Notes: generated by a model not told the origin, from the letters alone. A stretch of 64,000 nt of DNA from Octopus bimaculoides (GCF_001194135.2 NC_068985.1:15872304-15936303); one strand, 5' to 3'; positions 13,721 to 25,957 are shown, counted from the stretch's first letter. Numbers and translations: made by a program.

Positions 13721-15345
13721 TTGTTTTTCAGAAATAATGGATAGGACATTAAGAGATGAAAACTATATTATTGGGGCTTGAGCACGTCATTTTTGAAAAA
13801 AAAATGTTATAATTATTGGAAACGATTTTGAACAAATATTTTAACAGTAAACAAACGAAGCAACAGAATAAACATTGTCAGTTTTGATAATTCATCAACG
13901 TGGTGAGACATGTTAAAAAGCTACAAATGACCGAAAACATGTGAATTGATATCATATCCGGCGAATAACCAGAGTCGATAAAAGGTAGAAAAATTACCCC
14001 GCGGGAACTGACGTGGCAAACTGCACTCTTTGTTCAAATCCTGCCAAGGTCCACTTTTTTATTTTTTTATTTTTTGTGGATCAATTAAACAAAGTAACAA
14101 CCCACAGAATGAATTAAATGAATTATTAGAGTGCTGAACGAAATGTTTAGAGGTATTTGTTCTATTTCTATACGTTCTAAGTGTTTTGAATTTGGATTAA
14201 ATTCGCCAACCGGCTTAATACCACTACCTGGTCCTCGGGTGCGTCTTGTGGACATCTCTTTCTTTTACATATCTAGGAGACTTAAAAAGAAAAGAAGAAT
14301 CATAGATGATATCTTTTCCTCTCCGACTAAACGGTAAAAAGCATATGAAATGCAGAGGAAATAAAAAAGAAGTAAGCCTATTCAATTTAACAACATACAT
14401 TGTGTAGAAAATGGCAGCTAACATGAAGAAATGAATAGAGAGAAAAAAAATCAAATCTCAGTAACATGTAACATTGTGATTCCTCGAACGTCATTTGTTC
14501 AGTTTCTGATGAAGATGTGATATTGTATTGCTGAGCTCAAAAACTTCTAAAATGGCGGTTTTTATCTTTAAAAATGTCGATGTTTATTTATTCAATGAGG
14601 AGATATTGATAAAATTTCCAAGAGATATTGGAGGTATTGTTAAGTTTTGAAATATATTCAGATGATGATTGTACTTCTGAATTTACTCCAAAATAGTTAA
14701 ATACTTAAAATTTATCCAATATGATGTAACTGGAGAAAAATTAAGCAGTGAGTAATATACAAATATTAAGCATCTAAAATATAAAGTGGAAAATACATTA
14801 CATATATACATGCACACACACGCATATGTGTAGGGGTGTATATATGAATGTACGTGTATTTCTGTATATAATTCGTTTTGAACGGTTGAACTCGAAGTAA
14901 ATAAAGCTATAAATAATTAAATGTAAATATTGGGTTTAAAAGCCCTTTCGATAAAAAAAAAAGATCGAAGGTATCCATGGATCAGAAACCCACGTCTATA
15001 AACGTGACACACATTCTACTCAAAGGTCTTTAACTCTAATATTTATTCACTATTGTTTATAGCTCTATGTACTTCGAGTTCAACCGTAACGAACTAATAT
15101 TTCACGTTCATTCGACTTTTCTAAATCTTTTATGATGAAACTTATACATAATTACGTACATGCAGGCATACATACACATACATACACACTCACACACACA
15201 CACACACACGCATGTATATATATATATATGTATAAATATATGTATATATATATGTGTTGAATAAAGTTAAAACATGGTGTGGTTTTCACGTTTTTTAATA
15301 TTTTATTTTAACATCAAAAAAATATATTTTGTAACGCTCATAAAG

Positions 15346-15388
15346 TTGAATTAGCATTTTCATACTTAGAGCAATCATTAGATTTCAA
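15346..15388 (-). ncRNA. Decayed minimal type I hammerhead motif (left arm)
   Basis: Minus strand UUGAAAU-CUAAUGA-UUGCUCUAAGUAU-GAAA-AUGC-UA-AUUCAA; the core has G5>A, so it is presumably inactive. Confidence 0.5.
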
Positions 15389-16020
15389 ATGTGTTTAGCT
15401 GACAGTTGAGTTCTTGATACTTTAGTACCTCTTAGAACGCTCTAACAAGTTGAATATTTAGAATACGGTATCGAAGCGTAATGATAACAGATGAGGAACA
15501 TGTTAATACATGCACACTGGTAGATCCATTAGAACAAAAAATGGACAGATTTTCGCAAATGTAGATATGAGCTGCAGAAGCAGAAATATGATCTATTGAA
15601 TTAAATGCCCGAATTGCGAGGAACTATATATATAGGCGAGGCAGGGAATGTTCGTAAAATTCCATTGAGGGAGCATATAGAGACATGTGACCAGAAAATG
15701 TTAGTAATTTTTTCTTTCCCCAAACTACATGACATAAGTGAGGTTGGAAGAAGGATAAAAGAAAAACGGTTTATTAAAATGTTAGAACCTGTTCTGAACG
15801 GAAGTAACAGCAATAATATAACAACCAGTTAATGATGCGGATAAAAAAATATCTCTAGCATATAAAAATAAACAAATTGCAGAATATCGGTACGCTTGGC
15901 AAACCGTGAGGTTTAAGATGCATGCGGATTGGTTAAAACCGTATTTTAAAAATTCAGCTTGTTGGAGCGTTCTAAGAGGTACTAAAGTTGTCAAAGAACT
16001 CAACTGTCACTTAAGCACAT

Positions 16021-16064
16021 TTGAAATCTGATGATTATTCTTATGTATGAAAGCATTAATTTAA
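16021..16064 (+). ncRNA. Minimal type I hammerhead motif (right arm)
   Basis: UUGAAAU-CUGAUGA-UUAUUCUUAUGUAU-GAAA-GCAU-UA-AUUUAA: intact CUGAUGA and GAAA, UUA triplet, 4-bp stem I (AAAU/AUUU), weak stems II and III. Confidence 0.6.
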
Positions 16065-16186
16065 CTTTATGAGCATTACAAAATATATTTTTAAAATACC
16101 ATAATAAAAAAAAACCCTGAAAATCAGACCATGTTTTAACTTTATTCAACTGATATATTATTCTATACACATTCACACAAATTCTA

Positions 16187-16232
<46 letters not shown>

Positions 16233-16381
16233 ACACATACACGATGGTTTGCATATTTATTTGTAATGTGTTCCTGCAGATTCCAACGTGAATATGCTAG
16301 CCACATTTGTGTTTCATCAAAGGACAGTTTCTTCTTTACGACGAGCGTTTGTTCATAACATATTCTATTCATTAGTGCAAA

Positions 16382-16434
16382 GCACTCTGGGACAGCCGAT
16401 GTTTCGATATCATTGTGTCTCGTCAGCCAGTGGC
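16382..16434 (-). ncRNA. Type I hammerhead ribozyme with complete catalytic core
   Basis: Minus strand GCCACUGG-CUGACGA-GACACAAUGAUAUC-GAAA-CAUCGGCUG-UC/CCAGAGUGC: stem I CUGG/CCAG, stem II 3 bp plus one C-A mismatch, stem III A-U/C-G/A-U, GUC triplet; predicted cut between 16391 and 16390. Confidence 0.75.
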
Positions 16435-16750
16435 AGCCCAGCCTAATGAATCTAACAAAATTTCGAAGCTTTTGTTTATAATTTCAGCAAATAAACTGTT
16501 TGCTGATGCTTGTTGATATCTTCCAACCGATAATAAATTGTCAGTTGTCATATGTACGGTGAACAAAGTGCATTTATATAACATTGTGATAGCTCCTTGT
16601 ATATATTAGATTCCCACGTTCACACATATATAAATACAAATATACATGTATACACACGCATACATAGACACGCATACATAGACACGCACAAATATATATA
16701 TATGTCTGTCTGTCTGTCTGTCTGCCTGCCTGCTTGCCTGTCTGCCTGCC

Positions 16751-16781
<31 letters not shown>

Positions 16782-16879
16782 ATGAGTGTTCTCCAGAATG
16801 CTTAAAACATAGTAAATGAATGTCGTTTATCTTTATTGATATATAAAGGTAGGTACGCGGTTTCAAATATCGGGGGAGA

Positions 16880-16990
16880 ATACAATCAATTAAGATCGAC
16901 CATATTTCTTGAGTGGCACTTCATTTTATCGACCCCCAGGAAGATGAAAAGCAACGTTGACCTTCATGCCATTAGAATGCAGAACGTAAA
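16880..16990 (-). mobile_element. Degenerate SINE family 1 fragment
   Basis: ttttatcgacccccaggaagatgaaaagcaacgttgacc...gaatgcagaacgtaaag is the reverse complement of the family 1 core. Confidence 0.7.
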
Positions 16991-17489
16991 GAAGCGTAAC
17001 TGTATTCTGCAATGCATTTTGTCCGATGCTTGTCACAATCAATACATAACTATTATAAGCTTAACAATAGTCAGGGAGAAGTAGGGGGTTGAAATTGTGT
17101 AATATGGTAGGCTTTGGCATGGTAATTCAAGTGATATTACTAGAACAGAAATCGAAACTAAGTAACAGAATAAAAGGGTTTAATTTCTGTTGTTTCATTT
17201 GCCTGATATGACTAATAATCGATTTTTTGCATAGTCACAAGACCTTCATTTTTATCGAGCCAACGAACGGAATGTGTATATGCTGGTTTTACAAGCAAAA
17301 TATAGTTAGTGGACCAATATCCCCTCTCTCTTTCCTCTCTCTCCATCTCTCTCCCCTCTCCCCACTATCTCCCCTCTTCCCTCTCTCTCCCCTCTCCCCC
17401 TTCTCTCCCGCTCTCTTTTCTCTATCTCTCTCTCTCGCTTTCCCCCTCTCTCAGATTATATCCTATTTTCATAAGAAATTAAAAAAAAA

Positions 17490-17640
17490 CGGCGAAATTG
17501 CAAAGTCGTTAGAGCGTCGGATAGAATGCTTTGAGATATTTGTTTCATTTCCCTGCTTTCCGAGTTCAATTCCTGTTGAGGTCAATGTTGCCTTTAGTCT
17601 TTTAGAGGATCGATAAATAAATTACTAGTCAAATACTGGC
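17490..17640 (+). mobile_element. Degenerate SINE family 1
   Basis: ggcgaaattgcaaagtcgttagagcgtcgg...gagttcaattcctgttgaggtcaatgttgccttt...gatcgataaataaattactagtc. Confidence 0.7.
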
Positions 17641-18239
17641 ATCTGTTCCTATTTCTATCGGCTTTTAGCAACCAGTAACAAGGTTTCTTGTGAAATCAGC
17701 CAAAGGAAAGCAATGAGTAACTACTTTTGTATTCTCCCACGAAAATTCATGACAGGCTCATAATCCTTGTGAAATCAGTCGACAGAGATCGTTCTCCGAA
17801 CTGATGATGCAGAAATGGAATAAAGTCATCCGGAAGGTAATACGTCAGACACCCTATGCCTCAAAAGTAGACGAGGCAGTTATACTGAAATGCTATTTAT
17901 CATAGGGGAGATCAGGGATTAAACAACAACGACTGCATGTATATTTATTAGATACAATATATATGATGTTTATTTTGCTTCCATCAGCGTTAATGGCTTT
18001 CAACAGTAATCCTTTTTGTTGAATAGACACAAAAGAAGATGTTTAACTAAGTGAAGTTGTAACAATATATTTAAAAGTTGATGTGGTTAACTCGCACACG
18101 CTCTTCCAGCAAGCACCGCCTCCACTCCCTCAGTTAACGTGTTTATTTCGTTGTGGCAGCATCTCTGTTGTGTTTTTCCCAATGATTTTGTTTTAGTCTT
18201 GTGCGTTTTATTGTTATTATTTTATAATAATTAGTTGTG

Positions 18240-19080
18240 TTAGCCTGGAGTCCTAAGAAGGTTAGTGCAAAGGACAATACTAAGAAGAAGGAAAAGCTGA
18301 TTACGATAGAATTGAAGAAGGAAATCATTGGTAAACATGAGAGAGGAGTGCGTGTAGTGGAGACATAGCACGTCAATACGATCGAAACACGTCGACGATC
18401 TGCACCATCCTGAAGAAAAAGGACGAGATCAAGGCCATTACAACAGCAAAGGGTGTCTCCAGGCTCTCCAAGTAATGCACATCTATCCATGAAGAGATGG
18501 AAAAATTGCTTCTCCCGCAGATCAAAGAGAAGCAACTTGCAGGGGATACAATTACGGAGACCATCATCTGCGAGAAAGCACGAGCGTTGTTGTATGGAGA
18601 TCTCCGGAAGCAGAACCCTGGAACATCGACAGAGGAAACATTAGCAGTTGCATTTAAGGCCAGTCGCGGCTAATTCAATAATTTCAAGAAGAGGACTGGT
18701 GTTCAAAGCGTCGTCCGGTATCCGAGAAGCAGCGAGTTCTGACACGAAGGCAGCTGAGGATTTCGTGCGTGAATTCCGTCAGCTTATCTCAGCCGAGGAG
18801 TACATCACACAACAGGTGTTCAACTGTGAGGAAACTGGTCTTCTTTGAAAGAAAAAATGCCCAGAAGTACCTACATAACTGCAGAGGAGAAGAAAATGTC
18901 AGGCCACAAGCCTATTAAAGATAACTCTCGTCCTTTGGGCCAATGCAAGTGGAGACTTGAAGATTAAACCACTTCTTGCCAATCATTCCGAAAACCCACG
19001 AACTTTTAAGTGGCATAATATCCTGAAGAAGAAGCTGCGGGTCATGTGGAAGGCAAACGTTAAAGCCTGAGTCACCAGGT
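18240..19080 (+). mobile_element. Tigger/pogo transposase pseudogene (HTH domains plus start of DDE)
   Basis: SPKKVSAKD...ITIELKKEIIGKHERGVRV / DIARQYDRNTSTICTILKKKDEIK...EMEKLLL..IKEKQLAGDTITETIICEKAR...FKASRG*FNNFKKRTGV...QQVFNCEETGL..GHKPIKD..NASGDLKIKPLL; several frameshifts. Confidence 0.92.
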
Positions 19081-19156
19081 ATTTACCCAAGATGCCACAA
19101 AGTGAGATTGAACCAGGAGCCAGGTTGCAAAGCAAGCTTCTTACCACACATCCACA
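19081..19156 (-). mobile_element. SINE family 2 head fragment
   Basis: Reverse complement gtggatgtgtggtaagaagcttgctttgcaacc...ggttcaatctcactttgtggcatcttgggtaa. Confidence 0.75.
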
Positions 19157-19226
19157 CCACACACACACACACACACACACACACGTACACACACACACAC
19201 ACGCACACGCACACGCACACACGCAC

Positions 19227-19299
<73 letters not shown>

Positions 19300-20599
19300 G
19301 TGAATAAATGTGTGTGTATATACATATATATGTATGTGCGCATGAGTACATACATATATTACACATACATATATGTTTTGAACATTATAATCGTAGATAT
19401 ATGAAAATATAGGTTGATTACTTTTGGTATACCTTTTGATTATAGATTTTCTTGATCAGATTTAATCCGGGCTTAAACAACAATGTCACCATCATGAACA
19501 ACAAAAACAGATTTATCCGCCATTCGAGTTTGTTAAATATAACAGATCGGATCGATTGATTCGCCTTCGTCCTATCAAAAGGATATTCCTGTTTAGTTGA
19601 AGTATCTTATTGCTAGTCACTATATTCAGTGTACTTTAACATGGTTGCTCAACATGCTGGAAGTAACAACCGAATCATCCAACCTAAAACCCATTTAAAA
19701 AAGAAGGAGACTTTGGATGCAATAGGGCTGTCTAGATACACTACGAGATGGCCACGGTTAGAAAACATTTGATTATATGCCTGCTCAAGGACACTCAATA
19801 CCCGACTCATAAGCATATTATTTGACTGGGTAACCACGATTAGAAAGCCTTTGAGTATATGCTTGTCCAGTGTAAGTTAATATAAGACTAATCAACGAAA
19901 GCGACAACGAAACACTAATGAGTGACAAGTCTGAACTGAAGTTTTGTGCTTGTAATATATTCAACAATGTGACCCGAGAAAGACCCAGCGGAGTCTTTTG
20001 CATAGACAGACTCTGTCTATCTGTCACTTTTCTCTCTCATTTTTCTTTCGTTCTTTCTTTCTCTCTCTTTCTCCCCCTCTTTCTCAGACACACGCGTGTA
20101 TATATGTAATAGCGTTGAAAATCTTCAATCAACTGAGATTATCCGAGCAATTAGTCGCCAAAAACTCACAAAGTAAAGAACATTTGGATGAGCAGGATGG
20201 CTGTTTATACTACAATAACAAACAAACAAACAAACAAAAAAGATAGAAAAAAAAGAGAAAAAGAGTAAAACAAGTCTTTGACACTTACAAAACCACTCAC
20301 GTTTCCTTCTTAAAAGAATTAGACGAATTGTCAAATTTGGCATATACTGTGCCGTTTAAAAGGAAACGTGACTAGTTTTGCAAGATGTACATGTGTGTAT
20401 GCACGTGTGTATGTATGTGTGTGTTTGTGTAAATACAAACATGCATATACATTTGAGTGCATGTATGTAAATAGTATATCTTGTGTGTACAGTTTAATAT
20501 ACGACTGCTGCAGTTGAATTTAGAGCTCCATGTAAAATATCATCATCCAGTCTGCTTCCAGTATACTGGAGCAATTGGAGAAATTATAAAACATGTTTA

Positions 20600-20880
20600 T
20601 ACCGTTTGTTTCCTACACACGTTTCCCTATCTTGGATATTTGCAACTTCTACATTAGATGATCCAAGTACAATTGTTTGCTGAACCCCAACGGATCATCA
20701 GGGGGAAGACTTTACTGCATTTGAGCTCTGCAACATAATGCAAGAAAGTGTTCCTCTAATAATCTATTGTGGTTCAAATTGTAATTGGAACATCCACGAC
20801 AGATATTGCGAATAACGAAAATGATGAGCGGTATGAAGGGAACAAATTATGCAAACTTGTGTTTATTTATAATTTCATAT
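20600..20880. mobile_element. Decayed inverted pair of hammerhead-bearing repeat family A
   Basis: 20600-20720 aligns with 33085-33200 (gtttcctacacacgtttcc vs gttcctacgtatgtttca; gctgaaccccaacggatcatcagggggaagac vs gcttaaccacaaccgatcatcaagagaacac). 20731-20880 aligns with the reverse complement of the same segment (aacataatgcaagaaagtgttc). Confidence 0.75.
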
Positions 20881-20922
20881 GTGTGTGTGTGTGTAGATTC
20901 GATGAAATAATTTTGGGAGAAA

Positions 20923-21070
20923 TCGTGGATGTGTGGTGAGACGCTTGCTTCTCAATGAGATGGTTCTGGGTTCAGTCCCACAACGTGGCAACTTGGGCAA
21001 GTGTCTTTTACTTTAGCCTCAGACTTACCAAAGCTTTGTGAGTAGATTTGGTAGGCGGAAATTGAAAGAT
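20923..21070 (+). mobile_element. SINE family 2, 5' part
   Basis: gtggatgtgtggtgag...gggttcagtccca..cgtggcaacttgggcaagtgtctt..actttagcctc...ccaaagctttgtgagtagatttggtaggcggaaattgaaag; a second 28-bp head follows at about 21100-21128. Confidence 0.85.
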
Positions 21071-21124
21071 GTATGTATGTATGTATGTATGTATGTATAT
21101 TGTGGTAAGTAGCTTGCTTACCAA

Positions 21125-21208
<84 letters not shown>

Positions 21209-21931
21209 GTATATACATACATATACGCACATGTATACACACACATAATACACGCATCCATATAGAAACGTATATTTAAATGTGTCAACACACACAACTA
21301 TGGAGGGGTCTTCATCAGATTCGACGATGGGGAGTCAGTTGCTTCATCCACTTGCCTACCTATTCAATTATCATATAGTGGTTAGACATCCCAGACAAGT
21401 GTACTCATGTAATTCTTTAACAGAGTCAGTGTGAAAGAGCGTTTCTACGCAGTTTCACTCACAAAGTACGGATCAATCCGATTCTATAGAAAATTACATT
21501 TGCTTGTATTTGATAACTGTTTAACTCAGCTTCCGCGAAACTTTAAGTAATGTGGTATTGAATGAAACTGCTATCAAATATGTGCGTGTGTGTGCGTGTG
21601 TGCGTGTATATTTTATACAATCACACACACACACACTCACATATATTTATATCTGTGGGTATGTATATGTATATCCCCCCCCCCCCACACACACACATGA
21701 TCTATCTGGCAGAAAATTTAAATCAGGGTTAAGGAGTTAAGGGAGATAATTCCAATAATATCAGCTAAATACAAATTTTTAGAGAAGAAAAATATAGATT
21801 TAAGATTGGATCTTGTCTTTGATGCCAACTTGTGAAAACAACAAACATGTTTCTTTCTTGTTAGCTTTTATCAGCAGTACTAATTCATCGTATTTAGAAA
21901 GACTTAAAATAAGTGAACACATAGATATAGA

Positions 21932-21932
21932 G

Positions 21933-21982
<50 letters not shown>

Positions 21983-22050
21983 AGAGACAGTTAGATAGAT
22001 TATAGACAGACAGACCAACAAATAGGTATATATATATAGATAGATAGATC

Positions 22051-22112
<62 letters not shown>
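21932..22112. repeat. Interrupted (AGAT)n tetranucleotide array
   Basis: Direct reading. Confidence 0.95.
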
Positions 22113-22116
<4 letters not shown>

Positions 22117-23579
22117 GATTGTAGTGGCATTGCTCATATATATATCAACAATATGGTAGAAATGAAAATATCTTGACGGTGCTTTCAGATCACAAACATA
22201 TGTACGTGGCCATACATACGTAATATATTTTTAAGTAAATACACTAAGCAGATCTGATCACCGAATCCTCATTCATTGAAATATTCCCAGCGTTCTCTAT
22301 AGTTATTAAATCATCTTAATGTCTGCCTTTTCATGTTTCTTTTCATTTTTTTTTGCGCTTTTTCTCCTTCCTCCCTGTTTCTTATATCTCTTTTTCCTTG
22401 GCTTTCTCTCTCACTGTCTCTTCTCCACTCACTCTCTCTTTTCTTCTCTCCCTGTATCTTCTGTTTCCTAGTCTAGAACCCTATCTCCCTATTTTCTTCA
22501 TTCATTCCTTATTTATCTCATTCCTCAGTACTTCCCTCTCTCATTTCCAATCCGTTTCTCAGCCAAAAACAAACGAAGCTGCCTCTATAAGCCAGTCGAC
22601 CTGTTAGAATTAGTAGCGACATCTTTCTCAAATCTCTTCAACCTCTTTGAATAATAATAAAAAAAGGACAATATTCTTGAACAAAAGACGAGATGATTAG
22701 CGTTAATCCTAGGATCATAAGTCCTTTATATCTTGGCTTGGACTTTGGCTAAGTAGCCTGAGGCAGTCTGAGTTGGCCTATGACTAACATGTGCCATCAT
22801 ATCTTTGTTTCCACGTTTTCTGTTGAAATATTAACTGCACTTATAGCCTTTCTTTTTTGTTTTTGTTTTTCATTCATGTCTTACTCTCTCTCCCTCTACC
22901 CTTCTCTTTCCGCTGATTCCGACCCAATCTCTTCTATACATTCGAGATCAATCCCTTTCCATCTTTCCAGAGTCGATATAATGGTTACAAACTTCTATTG
23001 TTCTTGTTTACAATGAAGACATTCCTGATCGAACGACATTCCAGTCATGAGCATCTCGTCTTTTTGGTATGTTTTGTACTGTATTATCCAATGTACACTT
23101 TATTTTTAGAAGGGGGTACTTTGATAGATTGTGATTTGATAGAGATTTGACCTGTTGCTTTAAGGATGTCGAATGATTATGTAGAGGTTTGTATGCATGA
23201 CCCAGCCAAGTAGTAAGGTTGCTTGAGTGTCACCTATATTACTTCCTCTTAAATGGTTCGCCCTGTGTCTTTCTACCTCTAACATATTATTACCAGCACA
23301 TTATCCGACCGTTGTTGTTCGATATGCTTGAACTAGCGATGGGAGAACTCTATTATAACTTACTCTCTAAAAACAGGGTAGCAAAAATACAAACGTTTCT
23401 TGCTAATCTAATATGAATTAGCATCAGTATGCATCATGCCATTGACTAATATTTTTAGGGAACCATATAGTCACGAGCAGTCATAGACACAGACACCAGC
23501 TTGAGCTTCTGTCTTGTCCCAGTGGAATATCCACGACATGACGACTAGAAAGAGAGACATGTGTACGGGTGGGAGGCAC

Positions 23580-23680
23580 CCACCTGCGATTGGCTGATAC
23601 TTTTATTTTAATGACTCTGGGAGGATGAAAGACAAAGTTTGATTTGGCGGGATGGATTTGAGCTCAGAATGTTCAGAGTC
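23580..23680 (-). mobile_element. Degenerate SINE family 1 fragment
   Basis: gatacttttattttaatgactctgggaggatgaaagacaaagtttgatttggcgggatggatttgagctcagaatgt is the reverse complement of the family core. Confidence 0.7.
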
Positions 23681-23884
23681 CTGTGTGGTAGGAAGTTTAC
23701 TTCCCAACCACATGGTCCCGGGTTCAGTCCCACTGTGTGACGCCTTGGGCAAATATCTTCTACTATAGCCTCGGGTCAACCAAAGCCTCGTGAGAGGATT
23801 TGGTAGACGGAAACTGAAAGAAGCCCGTTATATATATATATGTCTATATCTATATATATATTATATACATGTTTGTATTTGTGA

Positions 23885-23916
<32 letters not shown>

Positions 23917-24127
23917 ATGTTTGTGCCTGTTTGTCCCCACCACCGCTTATCAACAAGTATTGGTGGATTTACGTCCCTGTAACCTAACAGTTCAGCAATA
24001 GAGACCGATATAATAATTACCAGGTTTAAAAAAAAAAAAAGTACTGGAGTCGATTCATTTCACTAAAAATTCTTCAAGGCAGTGCCCCAGCATGGCCGTA
24101 ATCTAAGTAAAAGATAAGCGATAAAAG
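23681..24127 (+). mobile_element. SINE family 2, near full length with internal (TA/TG)n
   Basis: tRNA-like head (tgtgtggtagg..., gggttcagtccc), ccttgggcaaatatcttctactatagcctcggg..., internal microsatellite, tail aaggcagtgccccagcatggcc...gtaaaagata. Confidence 0.9.
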
Positions 24128-24321
24128 ACAATGCGTTTTGAGAGACGCTCTAACAATTCTCTTAATTCACCGCCATAAAACAGAAAAGACGCACAAGATA
24201 ATATAGTCCTAAATTCAGGGCAGAATCGGTACGGTTCGAAAGTCTTTTATTATTGATCTGCTTAATCAAGGTTAACTGTGTTAATTTCCCCGATGCATTC
24301 CGCCACCCTATTAACTCTCCT

Positions 24322-24533
24322 CAAAAGCTAGCAGAAACGTTACCATGCCGAGCGAAATGTTTAGTCGTATTTCGTCTGTCCTCACGTTCTGAGTTCAAAT
24401 TCTGCCGAGGTCGACTTTGCCTTTCATCCTTTCAGGATCGATAAATTACGCACCAGTTGCATACTGGGGTCGATCTAATCGACTGCCCCCCCCCTCTCCC
24501 AAAATTTCGGGCCTTATGCCTAGAGTAGAAAAG

Positions 24534-24586
<53 letters not shown>

Positions 24587-24604
24587 GTAGTAGTAGTAGT
24601 AGTA
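24322..24604 (+). mobile_element. SINE family 1 with (ATT)n(AGT)n tail
   Basis: gctagcagaaacgttacc...gagttcaaattctgccgaggtcgactttgcctttcatcctttcaggatcgataaatt...gcctagagtagaaaagatt followed by (att)n from about 24536. Confidence 0.92.
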
Positions 24605-24607
24605 TCT

Positions 24608-24804
24608 AAGGTGGTATCGAGCTGGCAGAATCATCGTTAGCACGCCGGGTAAAATGCTTACTGGTATTTCGCCCGTCTTTACGTTCTGAGTTCAAATTCC
24701 GCCGAGGTCGACTTTGCCTTTCATCCTTTCAGGGGGTGATAAATTAAGTACCAGTTGCGTACTGGGGTCGAATTTCGGGCCTTGTGCCTACAGTAGAAAA
24801 GATT
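24608..24804 (+). mobile_element. SINE family 1, tandem copy with about 30-bp internal deletion
   Basis: gagctggcagaatcatcgttagcacgccgggtaaaatgc...ggggtcg joined directly to aatttcgggccttgtgcc; the segment atctaatcgact(ccc)n present in the 24322 copy is missing. Confidence 0.92.
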
Positions 24805-25391
24805 AACTCTCCTCCATTCCCAACTCCTTCGTCCTCCTCTGTTATTTCCCCATAACACCAATTCTGCTAAGTGCGTCCAGCCTATATTTTCTCTGTCACC
24901 GCAATCTAGTACCACCGTTCCTTCTTTTAACCATCCCTTTGCCAGTGTGACCATCATGCCTTTTCTCCTCGCATTGATGTTCCAGTGTGACCCCACTCTT
25001 CTCTCCCCGCCCCATACTTTTGCTCCCGTCCTGACGTTCCAGCATGACCAACACGACATCCTCCGTCTGTGCTCATCAGCAAATGTATCGTCAGTTAACA
25101 GTGCATTATAACCAAATTACGACTCACTTAAGGCAATCGCCCAAAGTAGTCAAAACGTCATTCCCATCTCCATGTTAAACCTTTTATTGTGATTAACTAG
25201 GGGGCCTGTAAGCAGCCCGTAAGCATGCCTGAAATCGTAGCCAAATATCCCTCAAATTTCCTTATCGTTTTCTGACACTAAAGTACACAGAGAATGTAGT
25301 CTGAGGGATAATTCTAGTAGACAGGATGGTCGTAAGTGGAATGCCTTAAACATAGGTGAACACAATCAGAGATATCCTAGGATGAAATCAA

Positions 25392-25604
25392 CGTCGTCAT
25401 CGTCGTCGTCGTCATCACTGTCGTCGTCATCATCAACGTCATCATAGTCATCGTCGTCGTGGTTGTCTTCGCCGCCGTCGTCGTCATCATCCTCATCATC
25501 CTCGTCATCGTCGTAGTCGTCGTCGTCGTCATCATCAATAACAACAACAACAACAGCAACAACAACAACAACAACAACAAAGGCAACAACAACAACAACA
25601 GCAA

Positions 25605-25661
<57 letters not shown>
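25392..25661. repeat. Compound trinucleotide array (GTC/ATC)n-(AAC)n-(ATT)n
   Basis: Direct reading; source of the poly-D/V/N ORFs. Confidence 0.95.
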
Positions 25662-25663
<2 letters not shown>

Positions 25664-25891
25664 GTTCTGGGTTCAAATTCCACCGAGGTCGACCTTGTCT
25701 TTCATACTTTTGGGGGTCGATAAATTAAGTACCAGTGAAGAAACTGGGCTCGATGTAATCCGCTAGTCCCCTCCCCACCCCCAAATTTCAGACCTTGTGC
25801 CATTAGTAGAAAGGATTATTATTGTTGTTGTTGTTGTTATTGTCATTGTGGCTGTCATCGTCGTCATCATCACCATCATCGTCATCTTTAT

Positions 25892-25957
<66 letters not shown>

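Larger units (their letters stand above)
15256..16150 (+). mobile_element. Penelope-like element remnant: GIY-YIG endonuclease fragment between about 214-bp inverted repeats (15256-15469 and 15938-16150)
   Basis: MSCRSRNMIY*IKCPNCEELY / IGEAGNVRKIPLREH ... KEKRFIKMLEPVLN is the Penelope GIY-YIG pattern. Arms align as reverse complements (gttgaataaagttaaaacatggt / accatgttttaactttattcaac; agaacgctctaacaagttgaa / ttcagcttgttggagcgttct). Confidence 0.85.

Noticed and set aside
17800-17830. CUGAUGA followed closely by GAAA (also CUGAUGA at about 14503 and 27799)
   Set aside because: No stem II/III or stem I can form; consistent with chance heptamer matches.
25030-25083. Minus-strand CUGAUGA...GGAAC GUC
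   Set aside because: GGAA replaces GAAA and there is no stem I pairing.
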